From the NCBI GenBank assembly GCA_002633005.1, contig NMRA01000131.1, forward strand, positions 559,808 to 623,807: DNA of 64,000 nucleotides, in the 5' to 3' direction. Shown here in pieces: positions 26,601-41,600 of this stretch. The notes under the pieces are model-generated. The model had not been told where the DNA came from, made no database searches, and saw only the letters and a program-made list of their open reading frames with translations. Source of the stretch: Phoronis australis (Eukaryota; Animalia; Phoronida). Numbering within the stretch: the stretch's first letter is position 1; each line of letters begins with the position of its first letter. A program made the translations under genes and the position numbers.

Positions 26601-29600
26601 CTATTTTATGTTAATTAGAATTGCAGGCATGGTTGAAATAGCCCCAAATTTTATGAAAATCGTTGGAAATATGATGTTGGTTTCAAGAGCAAATATAAGA
26701 AAATATCCCGTAGTACTTAGGTTGACTACATAGTGTTTCAGTGCAAACTGTGCCTGGGATAATTGCATGTCCAGTTGGTGCTCTGGTGTTAGCTAATCAC
26801 TTTAAAAATGGTGGATTGTACAGTATTTTACAATAATTAGGAATGTCGTTGAAATTCTCTCTAAAATAAATTAATAAGTAGGTTTGTGACATGCTTATAT
26901 GTGTGCCATAGCATTTCTTCTAAAATTCATCTCTAGCATTCTTAGACCCATTTTCTCAAACATGTGGTTAGTTAGGGACAGAGTGGACTAACCATGCTGT
27001 CACTCAGATTACGTAACTTGCTCAGCCCTTGAAAACTGATCAGAAATCTGGTTAGTTGACTGTTTTTCAATGAACAGCATGCCATATATTTTTATATAGA
27101 TCTTGTGGAACAGGGTGGAAGCGATTCTATGACTGCGCATCTAAATTCCAACTGTTATCTCAGGACAACATCCCAGTCCCTGACCAGACTCATATTCCTA
27201 AATTCTGTATCAAAAATGCTTTATACCCGGAGATGGAACTCCAGTCCTAGATCTCATAGTCCAGTTCAGAAATCCTGGTTGCCGTAACTGTTATTTGGTG
27301 GATATAATTTAGTCAGTCACCAGTTATGGAGACCTGTGGATGCGTGTGTGGAGCTCAAACAGGACTGTTTTTGAAAATTCAATAAAGAAGAGTTGTGAAA
27401 ATGTGACGCTAAAATGTGAAATTATCGTTTCACATGCCCAGTTTGCAGTGAATGGCGTTTTTTCCAAAGTGATGCATAGTCTGCTCCCCAGATGGTGACA
27501 ATTCACTATTAATTGTCAATACACATGGCTAGATTACATAGGGTCAGAGAAGTCCATCTGATAAATCAATATTTGAGGTGATAGAAACTGCAAGTACCTA
27601 CATTCATGTCGTTGCATCACACTTGCCCAGGATATTACACGTTTGGCTAAATGCCAACAAACATATTCTCAATTTCCTCTTTTGCCAAACGTTAATGTTC
27701 TGTTATATTGTTTTCTCAAACTTAATAAAATCTAGACTTTTAGCTACAATTCATAAAATAATAAAGCCTTTAGTGCTCTTCAGCTGTGTGTTGAGCAGTT
27801 TTGCACTACCTCGAAGAGGTGGGTTAAGTTGTCACTACTCTAACTTTTGTCCACATAGTCACTTAAACTAGCACAAGTCTGTATTTGAGTTCAAGCACTT
27901 ATTCAAGTGTGTGTGTGTGTTATCATGGAATTTGGACTGGTAAAAGTCTCTACTTTCCTGTCAGTACCTTGACATCCCCTGACATTTATGCTGTATGCAT
28001 TGATAAACTTTTCACCTGCCTTACATTAAAATGATGATGGCTTGCAGTTTTAAGATATGTCTCCATTACAGTCCATGTTCTGTCCTAGCTAGATAACTGA
28101 CAATAATCTTGGTGAAGTACTTTTTGAAAAAATATCAAAACTTCTAGAACTTAATTGTCTTGATGTTCAGTTGTGAGGTGTTAAGAGTTCATTGACTTCT
28201 TATGGTAGCCAAGTTTTATCAAACTTAGTTTGTGTTAGAAATAATAAAATAAGATGACCCTTTGGAATGTCACTCGTTATATAATGGACAATGAGTGGGT
28301 TGCCAAAATTATATTCATCATCCACATCCATGAACTACCAATGAGATTCACTTTGTGCTCCCAGACACAATCCTGCCATTGATGGGTCACCTTTTAAGTG
28401 TTAAGTTACCTAACTACATCAGATTCAGGTAGAACCAGGTAACATGTTGTGTCAACAATCCCTTTTGGCTCTTGAGGTCCAGTGTTTACTGCCAGGTACT
28501 TGAGATCTGGGCTCTGTACAGTTATGTGTTCTTCCGAGTGTGGTACAGGTCCTTCAGTCGTAAAATGAGCTGATACAGATCGGTGGTGTGGTTTTTTGCT
28601 TCAAAATGATTCGAAAGTACTACACGTGTGATGCTTCCTTAAGCCAGAATGTGATAGCACCGGTAAAAGTTTGCAATTTTGAGCTGGCAGTGGTAAGTTG
28701 ATTTGAGCGAAACTACAGAAACATGCTGAAAGGTAGAAGGTTGATATCACTATCATTCCTAGACACTATATGCTTCAAAGTATGCTAGTAATAACATAGA
28801 TATCTTGAACAACTGGCTCTAGTTGTCTGGTGTTTGTGTTTTGTTGCCAACATCAGCACCACCAATAGTTATGTCAATAACTGTGTCAGTAGGAATATGT
28901 CATCTTGATATTACCAGACATTTGGTTGTTACAGCCTTCCATCACATAGACTAACAAACCAAGTTTTGATGAAGAACACTTGGGGTTACGAAATTGATAT
29001 CTAATTTTTCCTTGGTCAAATTTGAGATGATTTCAAAGATTTGAAAGTACTGGCAATGTTCCATGCGTATAACAATGTACTGTGACAAAATGCCAGTTTC
29101 TAGCCGCGTGAATATGATGGGGGATCTGTGTTCAAATGTCGCTAGTACAAAAATTCTGTTGTGGAAATTATCTCCTTATTTTGTATAAATTGCCATTTTT
29201 TCATTTTTCAAAGGTTGATTACCTTATTGCAAATAGTGTAAAGTTTACCAAAAAGTTGTTTTATGACATCTGTGCTGTGCAAGCCATGTTTATAATATGC
29301 TAAACTTTTCTTAATATTTATTTTTTCTCAAGAATTTCAATTGTCAGGCTCATTGTGTGCTAAATAAGTGGAGAATTATTGTAGATGTATCTAGTACAAA
29401 AATGACTTGATACTGTAGATTATTTAGTACAAAAATGACTGATATTGTAGATGTATCTAGTACAAAATGACTTGACATTGTAGATAAAATCTAGTTCAGA
29501 ATGACTGATATTGTAGATGTATCTAATACAAATATGACTTGATATTGTAGATGTGTTTAGTACAAAAATGATTTAATATTGTAGATGTATCTAGTACAAA

Positions 29601-32600
29601 ATGACCCGATATCGCCCATTGGTGATATGTTGTTTTACGGTGTTGGCACCCAATGACAGTAGAGATGTCATCATTCACATTTGTGTTTTTACTGGGGGCA
29701 CTTTTGTGCCAAATTCTAAATGAATGTGAAAGTCAATTAATGAAGCCAAAACCTATATCTGATCCTAGATTTCATTAAGATGAAGCCCTTGATCTCATAT
29801 TGATTTGTCACCAGCCTTTTTCCCAGGGGAAAATGATGAGATGTTTGTCACAGTTGGCCACAAGATGATCTGGCCAATATTAGATGTGGTTATGTAGGTT
29901 TGTACACACAGACACAAGTACTTGAGCTTTGTTGGTAAAATAACATGGTAGTGTGACATGATATTACAGCAGTAATATGTGCTGTTTGCAGAACATTGAG
30001 AAACTCGCATATTTGCAACAAGTCTTAAAGAATGCTTTGCATGGATTAGTGGTATTATTTGAGAAAAGCATTTAATCACCCGAGAATGGCTATAGAAAAC
30101 ATTTAAATGTTATTGATTGTTAAGACATAGGTGTATTGAAATTGCTTTGAGTACTGCATTCCTAAATGGGGCCCAAAGTTTGGTTGTGTTTCACAGTTAT
30201 GAAAACAATTTTGGCTACTGTTCAATTGCAATGCAAGTTTCAATGTAATAGTAGTAGAGGTATGTATTCAATTTTTGATACTTGTCTCAGATGATTTGTT
30301 ATTGTGGGTGTTGTTTAGCATGGCTGGTACTGTAATGTAAGACACGCCTCTCAGTATCAGGTCTGACTATGTTTTTAGTTTTTAGCCATTTCTTCATTGT
30401 TCTAACTTCAGTACTGTGTGGAAGATGTTGATTGACTGGCACAGTGAGTTCTTTCTTGAATTTATTAATTTGGGCTTTTGTGTTTAGGTAAAAGTGATCT
30501 CTAATGATGCTTGCATTTTAGTAAGGTGACTATGCCTTACTGAAGTTCATGGAAACACTCATTTGACATTTTAGAAATCTTTTTGCAACTTAAAGTTGCA
30601 TTCTACCATACTGGCAAAAACAAAAATCAAATTAGTCCTTTCACTCTCAGAAAATTTGTCTAATCAGTAATATTCGTTACAAAATGCCCTTTCCCATATC
30701 TCCACCACTGTCGAAGTTTCAATATTAACATTGGTTAACTGCAAAGTTAAGCATTACTGTTAAGCTTTGCAGTTATTCAGGAAACTAATTCACTGAAGTT
30801 ATGTCAAGGTGGCTGAGTATCGGATTATCTCAACAGAGGCAGTATGGTGGGAACTCCTTCAATGTTTAGTTTGGTAATGAATCCAGCAAATACATCAAAA
30901 CAAAATGATTATACTGCCAAAATAATAAATCTTAGAATAAAACATTAACCAGTCAACGCCCGCTGTTGACAAACACAGTGACTCCTGACGATCAGTTTGG
31001 TGGCATTGAAGTTTAGCATTCACATTTTTATGAGGTGTAGATGCTTCGCTGTCAAATCCCCTTTACTCCGAAGTAAACTCACGCTGTTAACTTGGATCCT
31101 AATCCAAAGTTAAGCTGACCAAAACTGCCCTAACACATAATATTCTGAGCCAGCAGGAAAGTCCTTCAACTAGAACATTTAATCAACTGGAGCCACAGGT
31201 GAATTCAATGTTTTTGTTGTTAACGGAAATGGAATCCTATCACAGTAAAGAATATTACTGGTGAGACCAATTTTATCAGAGTAAAAGGCCTAATTTGATT
31301 TTTGTTTTCAACCCTATAAACAGGGCGAAATTAATATAACATCTATAAAATGTGAAATAAATATTTCCGTGCAATTCAAAAAGTTATCGCTCACCTTGGT
31401 AAGTTTTAAAAAAAATTCCAATGGAGGTTATGTAGAACCATATCGACAAGTCTGTATTTAGTAAAAAAATGCAAAACTGCTGAATTTAACTCAGTAAAAG
31501 TATATATTTTCTGAAATTAAAAACGTAGAATTTGTTTTTTGGCTTTATACGAACTTGGTTCTCGAGACCATGTTTTAGTAACATTTACCTAAAAATAAAT
31601 GTACATTCATATCCAAACAATGTCATCAATAATATGACCAAATTCCCTCTGGTAAGAATATTCAAGATAAAATCTTACTAAAACGATAGCCTTCCATGCA
31701 AAAGTGAGACATTTTAAAAATAATTCCTGATATTGTTTTGCAGAAGAGTGCGTAAAATAAAGCATAATTAGTATCTGAAAGGTTCATATGAATCCAATTG
31801 GCCATTTTTGAGATATGAGGTTTCGAAGGTATATTAGCCAAATTTGGCAATTTTTTCTGCAGTCCTACACCTTTACCAGGACACTAAAGTCTGAAAAATT
31901 TGTTTTGTTTGTTTTTCATCCTGTGTGCGTAGCTCGCTCCTCAGCCTACTTACCAAACATAACCTTTATTCAGTGAAACATATCAGTACACTCTCTGATA
32001 TTATTAACTGACCTCATGTAATGTTAGATTTATTTGCGGCATCTCTTGTGCCTGGAGTAATGTATAAATTCAAAACTATGCAGGCTTTGTTGCTTTTTCA
32101 AAATCCCCCCTCCATATCCAATATATAGTGCTAGGAATGTGTTTATTATTGGTTGAAATGGGACTTGTATCATATTTATCCAGTGAGTTGTCATCTCACT
32201 CCTGGTGACCTCTGTAAGTGATTAGTCATCAGGAATTCTCAGAGTTATTCCTTGAGCCAATCAACATCAAGGTCATGTTGTGTGCCGCCAATATTGATGT
32301 GAGCTGGCAGTGTTCCACAAGCAGTTACTGGTAATTACAGGAGAAGTCTACTAATTATCGAGGGGTTTATGAGTAAGTTATGTAATTAGAATTGAAGAGA
32401 CCCCAAGCTGAGTTTTCAAAGCAGTCTGGTGTTGCTTTTGTTAATTGTCTGGTTGTGTAAGCAATTTGTGAGGTGTTTCAGTCATTGTGGGGGAAACTTA
32501 GATACCTTGCTAGCTGCCATTGACATTTGGCAGGAGCAGCAATAGTGGGAAACGAGAACAAGTTTGATTGTCAGTTATTGTCTTGGTTTATGCCATTGTT

Positions 32601-35600
32601 TCTCAGTCCTTTTCATGCTTCCAAAATCGCACAGAAATTGGAATTCTTATCAGGCAATTACTAAGTAACTGTAATATTTAGCCTGCCAGCTACTGTGGGA
32701 AGACGTCAAAATATGTCTTTAGTCAGTTTTGTACGAAGGCTAGTTAATATTGGTAATCACTACTGACCAGCATAGCAGTAGCAAACAGAACTCAGGTGCC
32801 CTAGCGTGAAGTTCTGGTCAGTTTGCGTGAAAATCAAGACTGTGCAAAGTGACAGCCTGACTGTGACCACTGTCTCTGGCTGTCCTCGGTAGAGATGGTG
32901 AAGCTCTTATAGGAGCTTCATACGCTGGAAGCTTCTTGGCGAATTATGCCTCACACTGATTAAAACATCAAAGTTACTTTATCATAAATGCCTTTGCACC
33001 TAGAGGGTCACCCTAGGAGGGTGTCAATGTCTTTAATTCCTTTCAACTTGAACAAATATGTTATTACGGTAATCAAATTTTTTCTTCAAGCAGTCTTTCG
33101 TTCAGTTGTCTAAATCGGTAACTGGCCATATTTATACTGGGCGTGCTCCTACAGTATTTGTGCCATGCCAATCAGAAGCATCTGTAGCGTTAAAAATGGC
33201 CTGTTGCCGATTTGGGCAACTGAACGAAGGACTGCTTGAAGAAAAAAATTTGATTACGAGAGTATTTGTTTGAGTTGGAAGTAATAAAAGACATCGACGG
33301 ACCCCTAAGATGTCCCTCTATGCACAAAAGGTACTGGTGCTTATAGCAATGCAACTTAGATGGTTTAATCATTGTCGGGTGAGAAGCTCCTATCACCATT
33401 TGGGCCAGCTAGAGATACTGGTCATAGTCTAGTGAAAAGCAAATGTTTTGTGAATATGTTTGGGAGCTTACTAGCCTATCCTAGCATACTCTCGAGTTCC
33501 GAATAGTCGTATCTATACGATTATTTTTTTCAGACTCGTTTTCCAGTCTATACGGCGCTTATTCGGGTCTCTACGTTTATTAATTTTCTAACCTTTTTCC
33601 ACTCTCCACGATTATTTAATTCAGCAAGCTCAAATTTTTGTTTCATTCAATACAAATTTGGTGCACAAAAACTTCGCGGCGGACACCGGGTATCGTACCA
33701 TGGTCATAAAACAAGTTAATTTGCTCTAAACCTCTAGACCACCAGACACTCTGGTCAGAGCTCGTAATTTAGAAGAGCTATATACCACTCCGCGTTATAC
33801 ACGGAGGTCACATATCATACATATTAAAAATTTTATTCCCTAAAATATACAACTGTGTGTTTCGAAGCGTAAAATAATCGGACTCCCAAGCAAGGGTTTA
33901 CGCAGCGACCGTCTGTTGGACCATAGATGAGTATCTATGGTTGGACGGCCAGAATGTTATTTTGGACGGGTTCGACGGGATCTGTGTCGGCAAAATTTAA
34001 AAAAGCTTGAAATGATGACCACTTTCTCAATATTAACGGCTGGTCGGCAGTCGCTCAAAGAAATAGGGGATCAGTAATTACAGAAATGAGAAATTTAATA
34101 CACAAAAAGTGCATTTTTCAATATTCCGCGAGCCTCGTGACACAGATCGGTGTTACCGGCAGNNNNNNNNNNNNNNNNNNNNNNNNNNNNNNNNNNNNNN
34201 NNNNNNNNNNNTAGTGGCAGCTTCTGAAGTGATGGGTTGGTGAGATTGGATTGTTTGTTCGTGGGATGAATTCACTGTTTCCATTTCATAAACAAAGATT
34301 TTTTTGCTGTAAGCGCAAGCTAATGTCTTGCAGTCAACGGGACTCAACGTAGGAGTACATTCTGTAATGCCAGTTACTGTTAGTGAAAAGGAGGGCAATC
34401 ACCTACTTCAATCTTTATGCTTGGCAACAATATCCAACCAGCACTTGAATCATCTTTTCAAACTCATCATTCTTACCAGTACTTAAATTGAATGTAGTTT
34501 GAACAAGGCAAAGTCCTGAACATGATACCAGTTGTGTTCTGTGTTCTTTGTATTTTTGCAAATCAATAGGTGATAGTTTTGATATAACAAAAAAATAGTG
34601 GTGCTGATTTTGACTGTGTATGAGATTGAAAATGTTGCTGGTTAGTCAACATTGGACATGTTAACAGCTCCAGTTAACATCGCACATCGCAGCTAACAGG
34701 TGGATTTAATAGCGCAGCGTTGCAGTATGAACGCTCAACTTTTTTTTAATTGCAGGCGGTCTGATACACGTAACAGACGTGCGCAGGCCTCGCTCAACTT
34801 TGGTCCAATCGAATTTATCGCGAGGTGCTACTGTTATCGTCAACAATTACAGGGTAGTGCCTTCACTAACAGCTGCTTAAATCTGCTCTAATAATAACCA
34901 ATCGATTTAAAAACAGATTTAATGTCACTTAGCATATGTAACATTGAATAAAATCATAGCGTGCAATGCGACCTTGCGATAACTTCGATGACGACAGCGG
35001 CACCAACCGCTTACTTTGATGTTCATTAACTACCGAAGCCTGTATGAATGGTCCAGTTAACTGCACTGTTTACGTCGACGCTCCACTCAGACCGGAGTTA
35101 TGTCAATATGAAAGGGCCCATATTTTGTATATGAATTATTTTTTCCCCCTTAGATAAAGTAATTTGCACATCCTGAATTAATTTTCTTAAGTCTAGGGCT
35201 TTGACATGGCGACCTCTATACTTATCTAGCATTGCCCTCATTGTGAAACATTAAATATTTTATTTGTCCTGGTAATGGTTGATGACCTTGTTTTATGGAG
35301 CTAGGCTTTGTTAAGAATGAATGAGTGATGCAGTTGAACCATACTATTCAGGTCAGCTGTAAACATGTGTGACAACTAGAACAGGTGAGATGATTTGTCT
35401 CAGGTGAAGACAAAATGAGATGGATTTGATGGCTTTCACCATGTAAGATTACTTAAACCAAATTTGTTGGTTTGTAATACCAGTAATAGTCGAATAGGTG
35501 GGTCCCTGATTTGAAATTGATTTGAGAACAAGTTACTACCACTGAATAACAAATAATGGGCGTTAATTAGTAGGAGTAAGTGGTTCACAAATCAGGGACT

Positions 35601-38600
35601 GGTGTATCTGACTGTTACCATAATGTCCACAATGGTTTTCTAAGTGGGTTGATGTTATTCATTTAACTTAAAAATCATCTAACAAGAACATTTTATCCTG
35701 CAATTTTACTGTAAGTTAATGTTGGTGTTTGGATTCTGGATGAGCTTCTTAAGATTCTATTGCTCCTCTTTATAGCTCAATTGGTCAAGGTCTGGTTAAG
35801 ACAGTATAACACGTGTGACAGGTACAACTCCTTATCCCGTACGAAAACACCTTCAACTTGAAGTTACAGAATTAATTCTCCAGAAGCCATTTCATTCATC
35901 AGTATTGATCGCTAACTGTATACTTTATGTACCGAGGTGGCTAGGGAATTGAATTCAGCAGATGATGCAATACCGAATAGTTTCATCAATAACAAGCTTT
36001 TTGCTACCATCGGTTACATAATGTGCAAAATAGTACTTTCATGGGTTCAGTCATTTCTGACATAATTGTGAGTATGATGGCTAGACTGTTGTTATTAACA
36101 CTTTCATGTATCGCCTCATCGTGTGTGATTTGTTGCTTCTAGTTACACTGCAAAATCTCACCAGTTTCGGACAAAATAATTGCCAAAATTTCCCTATCCT
36201 CGAGGTTCTATCTAACGTTGTGAATTTTCAGTTTTTCAAAATGTCTTATGGGAACTTGAAAGCGGCAGAGAAAATTGAAATTCAGATATCCACTTATGCC
36301 ATTAATTACTGGCATTTGCTAATAAGTACTCCACATCTGGAGCTAGGTTGCTTCTGTCACTGTACTTGTGACTGTCATGGTGCACAAATAACATTTGTGT
36401 ATCAGCACATGTAATGGGTAATGCTTTCACTTCAGAACTCAACCAGTTTTTACAGGGGATGGAAATGATCCCATGGCTGTGCTTTAAAGTCCAGCCATTA
36501 TTCTCTAAACCCCAGTTCTGGATATGTGTATAACAAACCTGCTTTATAAATCCCCAGTCCTGGGCTGGCCATGAATTGCAAACTGGTGCTGAAAATGGTC
36601 CAAGCACATTGAGTAAATTTACAAACTTCTCCGGGGAACCAAACTGGGGACCAGTCCGGGTGAGGAAGAATCTATCTTTTCTTGTCAATTATTCTCGTCT
36701 TTTGCACTGACATGACCCACACTGTGGAGAACTTTCATAAATATTTATGATGTTAACCACATGCTGGAAGATATCTGGTGGGTAAAACTTGGTTGTTCAA
36801 AGCATAGATCTCGCTAAGGATAAAGTGGTTATGTGCTTCGCTCCTTGTAGATGGCAATGTCTTTAGATGTTCTTGCGTTTTTGTACACAAGATCCTCACC
36901 TGTGCAGTCCGTACGCCTGGTGTCTGTATGTTGTGACTGAGAGGCTGTGGATATTTGGACATTGCAGTCATTCTTATCTTATTCTGTATAAAAATAATGA
37001 CTCAAATTGTCTGTTTTTGTATTTTTGGCAAGGTTGGCTACCTTTCTACTGCTTATCAAATTTCCAACCAGCATTGGTTTTATGACAGCTCTTCTGAGCA
37101 TGCTGTGCTGATAGCAGTAAAGTTCACTTGAAGTCCCAACTATCGCAACATTGGACAAACAGAAGTCAGAAACTTAGTGTTGTTTCTTCCTTCTAAATCA
37201 ACGATTCAACTCCATTTGGTCCATAGTAATGATTAGTTACAACCACTGCCTCCCACTTTTAACCAAAGCAAATGGTTTAACACAAGACTTTGATTGTAAC
37301 AGATGTGCTGTTTTGTACTTTAAGGTAATTGATTGCCTTCATAATCATTACCAAGGATGGATTTGTTAAATGATGTTTAAGATAAAAGTAGTAGACCCTT
37401 AAAATTGTTTTGTTTTTAAAATTCTTCATGATTACAGATGTATGACATGAACATTCATTCTGCTATTGCAATTATATTTTTTGCAGAAGGTGGGGTTTAT
37501 AGTAGACTTAAAATGACAAGTACGGTAAATTGTATGGATGATGTGAATGTTAACTCTCATTTCCTTAATTTCAGGAAGTTGATGACTCCATAACTCAGCG
37601 CAGAGCACGTATCGAGTGGTTAATAGACTCTGCCCAAACAACTGTGTTGAGCCGGGATCATGCTGACCCTCAGTTAGATCTTGAGCTTGCTGGACTAGAA
37701 TATCAATGGTCTTATCTCAGTGATAAACTATTCAGACTTCATCGACACAATCGCAGTAAAACTGAGAAAGTAAACTTTGTGTACATCCACAAAAAGTTTC
37801 CAGTCAGCAAACTTCACAGGACGTTTCCTATATACAGAGAGCGCCCTCTTTGTGTTAATCTGGAAAATGGGAAGACAGCGCTAAAAACTAGAGGAAGGGC
37901 TCACGTGACCAAGTTGAGTGTGCCATTTCGTGTTCATGTGAAGTCAAAAGTGAAACGACACCCTCGCTGGAGTAATTTGCAGTATTCGTCTCAAACCAGC
38001 TCGGTCACGAGCTATGACCAGAGCAGCATCACTAGTGGATTTGACCAATCAGAGCCACCATGTGCAACAAGTACACCTGTACCCAATCCAGTAATTACCG
38101 AAAGACAATGTACTAAAACTGTGTTAAAGTCGTCTGGAACCATAACAATGGCTGAAAAGGGAAGTAAGGAGGAACCACGTCAAAACAATGAAAAGAGCTT
38201 TCATCTTTACATGGCTGCCTCACGTGACACTGCGTCGGGCTTGAGTCCGATGTCAAGTTTTCCGGATTCTCCGGCAGTGCCCAAGAGGAAGAGACTGGAT
38301 AGTGATAACGCTGACTTGTCATTTAATACCAGCGCCAGTGTATCATTGAACAGTCCTTGCCTATCCCCACGTACGCCTCAACGACCTTCGCTCAACCGTC
38401 TCTCCCTGTGCTCTGACAGTGACAGTTACATGAGCAGTCCACAGGCATCACCTGGTGTGGGCCTGAAGAAACGCGATGTCAAAGGTCACTATAAAAAGGA
38501 TGAACTGTGGCAAGCTATCCAGTCCGACTACCAGTACCTGATGGATGAAGAGATTATAGAGACTTGCAAAGTAAGTGCCAGACGAGCAGACGCTGGTTTG

Positions 38601-41600
38601 ACCAGGTTGTATTTACATGTAGAGAGTTTGGTTGGGGATACTGGACATTCAACCAGAGGGCCCCCTTACACCAGGGTAGTTCTCACTGTGTTTTCAAGAC
38701 TTTTGACTTAATAGGTTGATTGGGAATTGAATAAACACTGGAGACACTAGTCACAATCTGACTGAATAACAACGGCATGTTTGTAGACAGTATCGCCAGG
38801 TACTGCCCATTCTCAGCCCGTTTCATCAAAATTTTAGAGAGACTAAGACGTTTTGAGATTGAGTTTGATTTAACATCGCCCTGAAGAAGCTTACTGTCAA
38901 CATTCTATTGAAATTGCTCATATCATTATTTCAATTATTTGCTTTGTTTACTGCTTTATGGAAATTGTAAATGAGTGGAAAATTTGATAGCAAAGAATCT
39001 GACGAAACGAAAATTAGCACCTAGGCATATAGAAGCATTTTACGACCTGGGGCATGTTCCAAAAAATGACTCAGCTAAGACAAATTTTGAATTTCAGCCA
39101 ATTTTAAGTTAAAACTTAAATTTGTCTCAAGCGTGCTTCAAGAATCTTAAGTTCGACTTACCTTAAGTTTTTCACTTATAAGTTTTGTCTTAATTTTGAC
39201 TGACATACTAGATGTGGAAATATCTAAATTTGGAAGCTGAGACAAATGTTAGACTGAAGTAATAATTGAACTTAAGTTAGTTTCTTGAAACGGCCCCAGA
39301 TTTTCACCAAACTATACTTCAGTTTAGCATCTTTTTCAGGCGTGTTCTCTGTGTCATAGTTTGTGCTTTTGATTGACAAGTAAGCACCCTTAGTTGTCAG
39401 GAAAATGACGAGTAACTGGACAACAGTCATTTCCAGAAATATTGTAGAATTTATCTCAAATTTTTCTTTGATTTGTGTTTATTATGGTTATATCGATGCC
39501 TACATGTGGCTGCCTATTGCCATTGTCTCGGTATGTGCGTCCTCTGCTGTACCTTGCAGGATCTGAATAAGATTTGGCAGATCTGTTCCTATGAGGCTGG
39601 GAATTTTATTATTTTTTCATTTTCAGATGGATTAAACACATTCTGCGCCACTTATTGGCCATTTTTGTTATTTTCAAGAAAATTATGTTAGCAGAAGTTT
39701 TGGTACTAACAACAACGTAACTGACAATTTCCAGACTGAACCATTCACTGTGGTGCCCCTTAGTGGCAGTTGTACCAGTATCTCCTAAACCTCCTGCAAG
39801 ATCTTAGTGAAATATGACAAGTGTATTCCTGTGAACGTTACAACACATGACAATTTCTTTCAGACAAATCTGACTACGGCTATGCCTCATAGTGGCAGTT
39901 CTGTTTTTCATGTTTGTCTCTGTTTCTTCGGAATTCCTAGACAGATTTGCTTGACATTTTGCTGTGAAGAAGAGAACATTCAATCTCCCAACAGGGTCAA
40001 CATTTTCTATGCATCAAGTGTCCGTTTTAATTCTAATTAGCATCCCTACAAATATATTGTTGGTGGCAGTCATGGGGTCATTTTTTTGAAATTAATGCTT
40101 TGCTCTTGTTTCTCTCTTTACTGCATTGTATCTTGAGCTCGTGAATAATGAAGTAATTTAAAATACCATAGTTGCCTTCAACAAAATAAGTTTCATTACA
40201 GTTTTCGACTTAGAATCTGTAACAAACATTTCTTTTGTTTTGACTGGTACAGTATTTAAGTATCTAGTAGACTAGTACATTGTTTTTGTTATGACACCAG
40301 ATTTTCCATGTTCAACCATGTTTAATGATGATCTTTGTCATATGATGTCTTATAAAGCCATAAAACTCCTGTTCTCTGTTTTCCGGAAGTCAAAACCTCA
40401 CAATTGAATTACAGTAGGCCTCTAGTTGCTATAAAACTGTTCTTAATTTATTCATTCTTTACCAAGGCTGGAACAGACTTCAGTGCCCGGTTGCATGAAA
40501 CAGTCCCAAATAGGGACTCAACTAAGTTCCCTAAATCTAATTGTGTATTTGTGGGCTTGTGAAAACACTGATTGTCCTTTCTTATGTTGTTTGAGTTTCG
40601 TCACTATCGTAAGTCAGTTTTGACTTATAGATACAAATTGAGAGTGAACTCTATGTTGAATTCTCTATTAGTAAAAATAAGTAGGGATCTTTTCATGCAA
40701 CGCCCCTAATTTAAGGACTAAGTCCCTAATTATTTTGACTGAATTAAGGGCTCAGTTTTTAGTTACATTTTTAAAAAATGTCATTAGTCAATAGCTCATA
40801 ATGAAGATATAATGATAGATGAATATTACACCTGTGAGTAAAGAACGAATTAAATTTGCAAAACATTTAGGGAACTTAGTTGAGTCCCTATTTAGGACAG
40901 TTTCATGCAACCGGGCACTAGGCCTCTGTTACTTGAAACTTTTGAGGCTACCTTAGGGCGAAACTGCCTTATCACCCCGAGATCATGCATAACCTTGAAA
41001 GTGGATTTCACACATTGCCTTGCTTAGTTCTAGGAATGCACAACAGGTGGCGAAAGCATAGTCAGTATAGGCTTCAGTAGAGTTAATGCATTATTTTTAG
41101 GACAGAATAAATTAGGTACTTTAGTTCAATAGTGCTAATAAGTAATTTTTTGTCATTTTTTCATAAGAAATAATAAGGAGCATTCTAATAAATGTTTTGT
41201 CATCTTCTCAATATTTGCCGGAGCCAGTACTTTTGCATCTTGTGACACAATAAATGTTAAGAAAACACCAGTTTGTCATTTAGACAATTATTTTTGTCTG
41301 AATTGGTGAGATTTTATCTTAGGATTGTCGTCAGGTCAAGGAATTGGTTGCTTCCGTAATTGACCACCAGGTGGGGTGTAGTTACTTCCACACAATTCTT
41401 AGTGTTTTGTACCTTCAAATTGATTGCATAACTGAGTTACTGTTTTGAATGTGAATGGTGATATATTATATGCCCTGTTGTTGGTCACCGGATACCTCTA
41501 TACAGTGTCAACATAATATTGTGAAAACATACACCTTTTATTTTATATGGAGTCTAACTTTTGTTTGTCACTCACAAAATAACATTCCTGTACAATTGCT

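Noticed and set aside
29377-29611. 33-34 bp direct repeats resembling a CRISPR array
   Set aside because: Units are contiguous with no unique spacers, there are no cas genes, and the context is a eukaryotic intron, so this is a minisatellite.
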